Assembly: GCF_009914755.1 (NCBI RefSeq)
Contig: NC_060935.1
Source of the DNA: the human T2T-CHM13v2.0 reference genome, Homo sapiens
Direction: 5' to 3' (one strand)
DNA: 64,000 nt
Shown here: piece by piece, positions 54,516 to 64,000 of the stretch
How positions within the stretch are numbered: position 1 is the first letter of the stretch
Layout: each line of letters begins with the position of its first letter
The notes under the pieces: generated by a model
What the model was told of the DNA's origin: nothing
Databases searched by the model: none
Seen by the model: the letters and a program-made list of their open reading frames with translations, nothing else
Position numbers and translations under genes: made by a program

Positions 54516-54884
54516 ATATTAGCATGGACAAGGTTCATGCTAGGTTGTGTGGCTGCAATCCCGAAAGCTCGGGGGCTGTACCCTACAAGTATATTTCTTG
54601 CTCAAGCTGCATGCCCCATTTGACAGGGGGTGCAGCTGTTCACAATCACTTTCCATTCTTTCAGCCAGAAGGACCAGGGCCTCTGTAATGCTACAGAGGA
54701 GGGGAGAGCCTAGAGAATCATTCAGGGCCTGCAGTGAAGTGTATCCCTTCCATAAATGTGTCATTGGCCAAAACTGGCTTGTGAGCTTGCAACCTCTTTC
54801 CACCACGGGGCTCACAAGTATAGGTTTCTTTGTGCCTGGAAAAAGTAGATAATGAGACGTTGACAAACAGTATCATTTACCACA
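54516..54884 (-). mobile_element. MLT1J-like MaLR LTR inserted in a MIR
   Basis: tatattag...aagtatatttcttgctca...tcattggccaaaactgg...taccaca. Confidence 0.6.
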
Positions 54885-55332
54885 TGGATGCATGAGGCTG
54901 TTCTGAGGAGCAAGTGACAAAATGCCTGTAATGCAGTCAGTGCAGTGCCTGGCCTGGCATGAAAAATGTCTTCAAAAATAGCAGCTGTTATTACCCAATA
55001 CCTCTGTCACCAACATTGGCCCTTGCCTAATGAGTTACTTAGATCTCATCATTCACCTAACACACGTGAAATATCTCATCCAGAGTCGGAACACATCCCT
55101 AAGAACACTGCATTCCAGGATCTGTCATTTTGTAGAAGAAGAAACACTAGAGGACAAGAAACAAGAGTCACGGATTCCAGCCTTTTACAGCTTAGAGCCT
55201 TGTGACACTTGGCAAGTCACTGAAAGCACCTGGACCAGTGTAAAAGGGCTCCCTACTTAAGGGAAAGAAGTGTGGTGAAGTAGAAAAGTAGTCATATGAA
55301 TCCAGTTTCAACTCTGCAATTGATTGGAAGTA

Positions 55333-55367
55333 TTAGGTTGGTGCCAATGTAATTGCGGTTTTCAATA
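55333..55367. mobile_element. Half MADE1 (Hsmar1 MITE) inside a MIR
   Basis: ta|ttaggttggtgccaatgtaattgcggtttt matches one Hsmar1/MADE1 TIR; the second arm is absent. Confidence 0.75.
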
Positions 55368-55907
55368 GAACCTTGGGAAAGTCATTTAGTCTTCTGCAGT
55401 TTGGTTTTCTCATCCAAGTGGTTTAGGTCAGATTACCTAAAGCCCCATAAGCTAAAAACATCAATTATTGCAAATAATGCCTGTTCAAGAATGGCCCTGT
55501 ATTCATTGAAAATCGGAGTTTGCAATTACCTATCCAACCCTATAGCCCCAGGCCCTAGCCTCTATGTAGTTAAGCCATCCTAGAACCCTGAATAACTTAA
55601 TTCATGTCATACTGGATGAGCAGTGGTGAAACAGGAACAGAAATGACTTCTAGGTGCTTCAGCAAGAGGGAGAATGTATTAGGGTTACACAGGACATATT
55701 ATGAGTGCTCTTAGTGCTCCTCAACACAGGCTCCAATTTTAGCTCACTCCCAATCAAAAAAGGATCTCTCCTCTCTAAGAAAAGCAATATAACCTCTCAG
55801 GTTGTCGGAAGGCAACAGAAAAATGAAGAGAGGGAGAGAGCATTTAAATCAGAGTTCAGAGATGAGCAAGGTAAACACCAACAAGGGGAGGTAAAATTAT
55901 CTCTCCA

Positions 55908-56411
55908 TGTGGTAGGCAAAATAATAGGTCCCCAAAGATGTTCATGGCTCACGTGCAAATTCCCAGAACCTGTGAAACTGTTGTTAAATGAAGGAGAATT
56001 AAGGTTGTTGATAAAATTGAGGTTGATGCTCACTCTAACATAGTGTCTTGGATTATCCAGATGGGCCCAATTTAATAAAATGGGTCCTTTAAAATGGAAG
56101 AGAAAGGCAGAAAAATCAGTGTCAGAGTGACATAGCATGAGGAAGACTTAGCCAGCCAGTGCTGACTTTAGATGGAAGAAGGTCACAATCCAAGGAATAT
56201 GGGTAGCCTCTAGAAGCTGAACAAGAAAAGTGGACTCTCCTCTAACACATCCAGAAGGAACACAGCCCTGTTGACACCTTGATTGTAACCCAGCAAAACC
56301 TGGGCTATCATCAGATTTCTAAACTCCAAAACTGTAAGATAATAAACTTGTGTTGTTTTAAGCCACTAAGTTTGCAGTAAATTATTGTAGCAGCTATAGA
56401 AAATTAATGGA
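55908..56411 (+). mobile_element. MLT1D solo LTR
   Basis: tgtggtaggcaaaataat...ctgtaagataataaacttgtgttgttttaagccactaagtttg; perfect 5-bp TSD ctcca. Confidence 0.92.
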
Positions 56412-56719
56412 CTCCATCATGAATAATTAGCAGCAGGCATTTAGCGGAGAAGGGAACAAATTTTCATAGACGTCAGTGAATAAGGATAGTACTGATAGGT
56501 AACTTGGAGCAAATAGAAGTGCAATAACTAAAAGTTTTCTGTAAACTATAATAAGTACTCTAAAAAAATGCACCAGTAATTCCAATGCAGGCTATGTAAA
56601 GACAAGAATGATATGGGCACTTTGTCTAGGGAAGCAGCTAATAGTTTAAATTCAGAACCATATTGAATATCATTTAAAGTTTTGCACATATTCTAAGACA
56701 GTAAAATCTCATGCAAAGA

Positions 56720-56925
56720 GCATAGGAGCTGAGACCACAATATTTAGTTCTGTCACCATTTGTTCTGTTGACCTTGGGCATAACAACTTGAAGCTTGGGC
56801 TTACTTATAAATAAAATGAAAGATTATAGTATCAACCTCATGAAGTTATGAGAATTAAGTAGGTTAATTTTATATAAGAACACAACACTATACCAAGTGT
56901 ATCAATAAATGTCATCTATTTATAT
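56720..56925 (+). mobile_element. MIR
   Basis: tgaccttgggca...aaaatgaaagattatagtatcaacctcatgaagttatgagaattaa. Confidence 0.6.
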
Positions 56926-57834
56926 TATATATACTTTCTTAATAGAATTCTCATTCCAAATGTTGGCACTTTGAACACATTATTTTGTTGTTTTTGTAAA
57001 GACCCAATTAAACAATTGTTTCTGAGATGCTCTAATGTTGGAATTGGGTGGCTCCAATAGAAGAACCATAGTCAATATTCAGTTACCACACAGTAGGAAA
57101 AGCCAAGTAAGCATCGCTACTGGCAGAATTTAGTCTTAATGAGGGGTATTTCTGCCTGGGTGAGCCACATATTATAGCAGCATCTGGAACTAGTCTCTGT
57201 ACCCAGCGGGTATCTATGGACACCAACAACTCCCACTCTTGCTGTAAGAGAGAAAAGAGTTGAAATCAACTGAAAGGAAGGTTTCAGAAACACCTGCGGT
57301 TCTTGGCATCACTAAGTCTAAAGAATCGCTAAATTACTTCCCTATGCAGCATCACAGATGTTAATAACTTGCACCTGTGCTTATGTGTGTCTGCTGGGGG
57401 TGTGGAGCGGCAGACAGGAACAGGAACATCAAAGGAAAAAGAGAGGCTCCTTCTCAGAAACATGGTCCCTTATAGACCATCACTCATATGGACCGCAGAC
57501 CATCAATATAGTCATGTGGGGAACTATACTCTTCACCAAACTATGAGTTTCTCAACTGCAGAAAATTTATTCATTGTTGGGTCCCACGTAGTATATTTGT
57601 TGTTTGTCCCACAATAAATATGAACTCAATTAAGCTGAAATAATTAAATACTATAAAATACAAAGTTATGAGATTTGTGGCAGGATAATTTATTAAAATA
57701 TGTGGTACTTTTACCACTGCAGAAGAATCAGAAAGAAATAGTTATATAACACACATCCTCAGGGAAGAAGGATCATGAAATCCAGAGATCTCCTCAAGAT
57801 AAGCAAGCTGTTCTGTTGTTAAAAGCCAAGGCTC

Positions 57835-58168
<334 letters not shown>

Positions 58169-59559
58169 CCAAGGATCACAAAAGCAAAAAGCTAAAGTCT
58201 GTGCATAGGGTGAGGGATACAACCCTGAGATGTCCAGCAACAAGGGAGTATCCTGAGCCAAGTGAAGAGGGTTGGGGATTTGGAGATTTATGGGAGCAGA
58301 ATGGCCAAGAGACAGGACATTGTCCAGGTGGATTGTAGATTTTTGAAACCCTCCACATGAAGAGCCATGATGTTGAGAGCTGTGGTTTTGGGGCCATAGA
58401 TAAAGCTCCTTGGTACAGCAGAATTGAGAAGATAGATCCACATCACCTAATCAGTGGATGTCTCAGTTGGAGCTCTGATGGATTAAAGATGGCCCTTCAT
58501 TTTGGGGTACCATTGAAATCTCTAGATTTCTTGTGGAATTCTAGGAAGATATGATAGTGAAAGGAATGCAAAGAAAAGTATGCAAAGACTCATTTAATTT
58601 TGCTTGGAGAAACAAAAATATGCTTCTTGCCAATATAGTTGTAGGGTAGAATTCATACATGCTACATATGCATCATAAGAGATAGAAGGACTACACTAAA
58701 ATATTAAAGCAATTCTCTCCGTGTGTTCTTATTATAAGTAATATCCTATTTTTCCTTATAGTTATATATACATATGTGTTTTTTAAAGCTATCTTTAAAA
58801 ATAAAAGTACAAAATGCTCACCTTCCTACCCATGACTTACCAGATGGTGCAATGATTTTTCCTGGGAACAAGTGGCCCCACTCTTCTTTTGAACAAAGTC
58901 ACAAACTTTGTGACTGGTTTTGACTTCTGAGAAACCGGAGAAGCTATCATGTACAAAGGCACACTCATCCTTGAAAACCTCTCACGAGTGGTTTGTTCCA
59001 GCACACATAATGATTTTGTTGGATGTTAAAAGAATGTAACATTCTCCAAGAAACAAACAAACAAACAAACAAAACCAACTCTGGCAACATCAAGTCACTG
59101 AAGTGACTGAAATTAGAAACATCTTTGTGAATTTCTACATGAAATATTTTGCTGTTTTTATTTAATATTTACCATTTCCAATATTCTTTATGTAAATCCA
59201 GATTTCCATCTGGTAATATTTTCCTTCTGCCCAAAAAACTTTCTACAAGAAGAACATTCCCCTACATACTCAGTAAAATCATCGAAATCATAAAATTAAT
59301 CCTAATATGCTACTAGCATCTAATCCTTCAAAACAGTTGCTCCAGTTAATTCCTTTACAGCAAAAGGGTGCAGTTGCAGAATCAGGCATTGCATTTTGTT
59401 CCCAAAGCTTTTTCATCTTTTTCAGTCTGAAACAGTTCCTCAAGCTTTCCTTGTCTTTGACACTTTTGAAAATAATAGGCCAGTTTTTTTATTTAATTGT
59501 GGTAAAGAAAATATATAACCTTCAATTTGGCATATGGTAAAGTATTTTAAATAAGTCTA

Positions 59560-59685
59560 CAAATTTCCTAAACCAAGATCTCCTTGATTTGAGGTATCAT
59601 GTCTTATTTCTGTATCCCTTAAACCTAACAAAGTGCCTGATATATGATGAGTTTTTAGTAAATATTTGTTGAATGAATAAATGAT
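59560..59685 (+). mobile_element. L2 3' tail
   Basis: tctgtatccc...agtgcctgatatatgatgagtttttagtaaatatttgttgaatgaataaatga. Confidence 0.7.
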
Positions 59686-60211
59686 ATAAACCCATTTCAT
59701 AGGTGGAAATTGATAAAGGGGTGTTAGCTTAAGACAATTGTTCTTTTTTTTCTAGATTTGTTCCCTTATTTATCCCTCAGAAAATGCTCTTTAACCATTT
59801 GCTTCTCTGCTGCCTTTGTCAATAAGACATGGTTCTTAACCTGCAGAGACAGCTATAGGGAAACCATGACAGTGGAATGACTAAGAGCTATAAGATATGC
59901 ATGGGAGAGCTTACAACTAAATAAATTGCTGTCCAGCCCAGAAAAGGGAGTGATTCATTCTACCTAAAAAAATCAGGAATAATGTCCCAGCGGAGGTAGC
60001 AATTGATATGACTCTTGAGAGATGAATAAGTTTTTGAAATCAGTGGGGAGGACAGAGAGTTTGAAAAGCACTTTCTGCATTATCTAGCACAATCCTGTGC
60101 CTTCCATTCTAACTCAATATTATTGGCTGATGAATAAGACTGAAATGACTAACCAGTAACTTGATTGAAAGTGAATCCCAATTCTTGTTTATTCTATCCT
60201 GATTCAGTTAA

Positions 60212-60231
60212 TTTGGCGCCCTCTGCAGATC
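60212..60231 (-). promoter_or_regulatory. Candidate CTCF site
   Basis: Minus strand TCTGCAGAGGGCGCCA versus consensus CCASYAGRKGGCRC; CpG retained in unique sequence. Confidence 0.5.
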
Positions 60232-61079
60232 TCTCTCTGCAAAAGGATATATTTCATGAGGTCACATCCTCGCAAAGCATAAAAGCTGACTCACATGCTT
60301 TGTCCTAACATCTGTGGCTTTATTTAATTTCACTGTAATGTTCCAAACTGAGATTTCTTTGTAATAATCAGATAGTCTGTAACAATACTTGAATAGACTT
60401 GTTGCCTTAAGAGGAGGTTTGATTTTATTTTATTGATTTTCTTATAATGCTTGTAATTGTTCCAGTTTGTTGGAGCTTTTTTCTTACCTCGCTTTTATAT
60501 TTTCTAATTGCTTTCTATCTCGCAAAAAAATATGTCTGTGGCTTGTTGATCTTTTCCTTCATTAAGAATGTATGTTGCAAGATAGGCTTGGCATAGAAAG
60601 GCAAAACTCTATTATCGAAAATTTTATTATGCCCTCTGATATATGTTTCTCTTTCATAAGAATGCAACAAAATGCCTTTGTCCTTCACTTCATGAATAAC
60701 TGTACCCTTCGGAAGAGGAAAAAAATAATCTGTTATGTTCAACACTTTCATTCAAATGTTGTGTTATTAGTGTTTGGGAAAAAACACATTTTAACTCGGT
60801 TATTTGATCGCCTTTGTCCTTTTTAGTACCTCTGCATTATCTCTGTTTTAAGAAATGAAATGAGAAGCCATTCAAGGTCAGTGCAGAAACCATGAGGAGG
60901 AGCATCCCTCTCTAGACATGCATCAATTCAGCAAACATTTATTGAACACAAAGAAATTGGCAAGTAGGTTGACAATTACTGGAAATAAATACAGAACAAA
61001 ATCTAGGGTTCCTAATGCTAACGCTGAGCAAAATTGCAGAGGGAAATGAGGCTCATCAAACCCTTCAGTTGTGATGCTG

Positions 61080-61330
61080 CACAGCAATTAGGTTCCCATC
61101 AGGGGCTCTGGAATCACACAAGAATGGCCTCTACTCCCAGTTTTGCTATAAGGTGAGTGACCCAGGGCAAATTACCTGCCCTATTTGAGTCTCACTTCTC
61201 CTATCTATAAGTTTTCGGTAATACCAATACTTGCTTCAAGACTTTTCTGAAGATTTGATGAAGTACTGTATGCAAAGTGCTAACTAGAGTTACAGGAACA
61301 TAGTAAGTGCTCAGCAAATTTTAGCTCTGG
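61080..61330 (+). mobile_element. MIR
   Basis: gagtgacccagggcaaattacct...tgtatgcaaagtgct...acatagtaagtgctcagcaaatt. Confidence 0.7.
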
Positions 61331-63004
61331 ATATGCAGTGATTCTGCCTCAATTACATTAACCTACTAATCCAAAAACATAAAAGGTACCCAGTAAATGC
61401 TTGTTGAATTAATTCAGTCCAAGTATTCCACCCACCATGTCAATGCACTATCAGACATCAAATTGGACTTTCCCAGTTTTAATCAGGGAGTTCAAAACAG
61501 TGCTTGGCAGTAGGTGGGTGGGGTCGTCAATTCATAGCTTGCACTTTGCAGTCTGAATCTCTCACATTTACACCAACCTCAAATTATTTCTATTCATATA
61601 AAGTTAAGATGGTGATTAGCAAGCAGTTTACAAATGAGCTGATATTCCACAATTCAAATTTCTGGTTGAAAAAAAAGTGTAACATGGATGATGAATCCGA
61701 ATATAGCTGTCAATGAAAAGAAATGCATCTTCCACTACTTAGGCCCAGTTTCAGTCCTTGCCCTTCCAGAATAATGAACAAACCTTTAGAGTTATAATAC
61801 AAAATCTACAAAAGATGCTTATCTACAAAGGGTCTTCTACACAACTTTGTACATCTCTCCATGATGTAAAGAAATGTACAAGTAATCGTAGTTCCAACAG
61901 AAGGAAGACTCCTATAAATCTATAATGAAGATTTCACAAAAAATAGTTAACACCTTAAAAGTTATCATTTGAAAAGTAAGTTAATAGTCTTGCAGGAGGA
62001 GAATACCCAGTTCCAAAAAGTAATCAGTAGCTAATTACTGAGCCCCATCTGTGCATTTAGCATTTTCCAAAAGACTAAATGTAACCTTGAAAATTCTCTG
62101 TCCATATTAGTAATAACCAGACAGGTACCAGGTAGAAAGAGTAGAATAAACCAAACTCTGCTAAACGAATAAACCAAACAAAAATACCAAAAATATAGCT
62201 AATGCTACATAGCAATAAGGCTTCAACATAAGACATAGAGAAGTGTTGGAAGTAAAATCTTTAGGGAAGTCTAGAATAAATTTGTTTAAGGAAAAATGCT
62301 TAAAGCATGAGGCAGATTCTGTCAAAAATATCATGATAAAAATTTAAGTACTGACTGTGGTTTATGGAATTCTCCTTTTTTGAAGGTTGATATTTACCAT
62401 CATCCTGATAAATGCCTCTTTATAGTCAATTCATTCCTTGTTGGCCCATATCTCCCACCTCTAGTATTTATTGCATAAAGGAATGTTTCTCTGACTACTC
62501 ACAGATAAATCTTCTCATTGATGGAGGGTTTTCTCACTACCTATTATGTGCCTATCTAGCCTCAGCCAACAATTTATTACCAGTTTAGAAAGAAGGCAAT
62601 GAGGTAAAAGACTGAATTGTTTTTATGGCTGTGTCTATATTTCTTAAAGAGTAAGAACCTTTACAAGAGAAATTCATCCTGGAACCACATGAACCACCAT
62701 TCATTTGGAGAAAAAGGAAATTGTTATAAAATATTGAAAACAGAATCAAATTCTATGAGGCTGTCATTCTGTTTTACTACCAGGAACTATTTTAATCCCC
62801 ACTCAGTTACTTTCTGACTCTTAACTAGAGTAATGCTGTGAGCCTGCAGATGTGGGTTCCTTTGAACACCACAAATAGTGGCTGGAATCAACACATGCCA
62901 TTAGAATACAGGGCCCTGGCACCGTTCTCATTCACTGGAAGCTCCTCTCCAATCAGTATTACATTCAGTGATGTCTGAATTTTTATTTGACTTGAAGTAC
63001 AATA

Positions 63005-63190
63005 TAGTAGTGTAGTGGTAAGAATAACAGAAGAAGAGTCAGAAAACCTCAATTTTAGTCCCAAACATACAAAGTCACATACATTATTAACTCGGACAAG
63101 TCATTTAACATCTCTGTGCCTCATTTTCTCAACATGTATAATGAGAGTTTGGATTAAATGGCCTCTAAGATCTCTTTGTTAGGTTCTATA
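63005..63190 (+). mobile_element. MIR (MIRc/MIR3-like)
   Basis: gtgtagtggtaaga...ggacaagtcatttaacatctctgtgcctcattttctcaacatgtataatgag. Confidence 0.75.
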
Positions 63191-63387
63191 TTATTTGAGG
63201 CTGTATTTATAAACCAATACATACCGGTAGGTATCAGCCTGCCTTTGCAACACCACATCCACTATCAAGCACCACATTTTAAGTATTGCCTGCACATGCA
63301 CTTTGACAAGCAGTCTTGAAAGCAAGATATATAGATTGAGACACACCTATTTGGAAACATTAAAGTTTTAACTGTAACAAAATGTGG

Positions 63388-63680
63388 TGATATGGTTTGG
63401 CTGTCTCCCTGCCCAAATCTCAACTTGAATTGTATCTTCCAGGATTCCCACATGCTGTGGGAGGGACCCAGGGGGAGGTAATTGAATCACTGAGGCCGGT
63501 TTCCACTTTTGCTTCTTCCTCATTTTCTCTTGCTGCTGCCGCCATGCAAGAAGTGTCTTTAGCCCTCCACCATGATTCTGAGGCCTCCCCAGCCATGTAG
63601 AACTGTAAGTCCAATTAAACCTCCTTTGCTTCCCAGTCTCGGGTAGGCCTTTATAAGTGGCGTGAAAACAGACTAATAAA
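63388..63680 (+). mobile_element. THE1A-like 5' LTR with internal deletion
   Basis: tgatatggtttggctgt...ttttgcttcttcctcattttctcttg...gtgaaaacagactaat; 293 bp, shorter than a typical ~350-bp THE1 LTR. Confidence 0.9.
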
Positions 63681-64000
63681 GTAAATTGGTACTAGTAGAG
63701 TGGGGCATTGCTGAAAAGATACCTGAAAATGTGGAAGCAACTTCGGTACTGGGTAACGGGCAGAGACTGGAACAGTTTGAAGGGCTCAGAAGAAGATAGG
63801 AAAATACGAGAAAGTTTGGAACTTCCTAGAGAGGCTTTGCCCAAAATGCTGATAGTGATATGGACAGTAAAATCCAGGCTGAGGTGGTCTCATATGGCGA
63901 TGAGGAACTTGTAGGAACTGGAGCAAAGATGACTCTTGTGTTTTAGCAAAGATCCTGGCGGCATTTTGCCCCTGAACTAGAGATTTGTGGAACCTTGAAC
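63681..64000 (+). mobile_element. THE1-int internal region, continuing past window end
   Basis: gtaaattggtactagtagagtggggcattgctgaaaagatacctgaaaatgtggaagc directly follows the LTR. Confidence 0.9.

Noticed and set aside
60128-60150. CTGATGA...GAAA hammerhead ribozyme core
   Set aside because: The intervening bases cannot form stem II, and no stems I/III are evident.
60480-60760. Minus-strand coding exon ending at GAG|GTAAGA (~60488)
   Set aside because: Good donor, but no convincing acceptor, and upstream frames are interrupted by stops.
63708-63914. ORF in THE1-int as a retroviral gene
   Set aside because: Decayed MaLR internal sequence; short and without intact gag/pol motifs.

Overview
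AT-rich, CpG-depleted primate (human or great-ape-like) non-coding DNA, intergenic or deep intronic. There is no CpG island, no recognisable host protein-coding exon, no RNA gene and no CRISPR or prokaryotic feature. Much of the window is decayed interspersed repeat: 13 Alus (J, S, Y), 5'-truncated L1s (L1PA2-like, L1PA5-like with an open ORF2 C-terminal remnant, L1PA13/16-like, old L1M), L2, MIR, L3, many solo LTRs (MaLR MST/MLT1, MLT2, LTR8, LTR16/33-like), a THE1A LTR plus internal sequence running off the 3' end, and DNA transposon relics (MER46C, MER58, MER5, half MADE1). Subfamily names come from recalled consensus sequences, not a database search, and I could not identify the locus. I found no convincing new biological system. 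The best leads are: (i) a promoter-like core at ~53.8 kb (4-tier G-quadruplex/GC box, CATAAA, GTGAGT) bracketed by a ~240-bp direct duplication; (ii) a TCF + CDX/HOX motif cluster with a hairpin and possible non-coding exons at ~25.1-25.6 kb; (iii) a second local ~180-bp duplication and several fold-back/template-switch scars; (iv) two candidate CTCF sites in convergent orientation.
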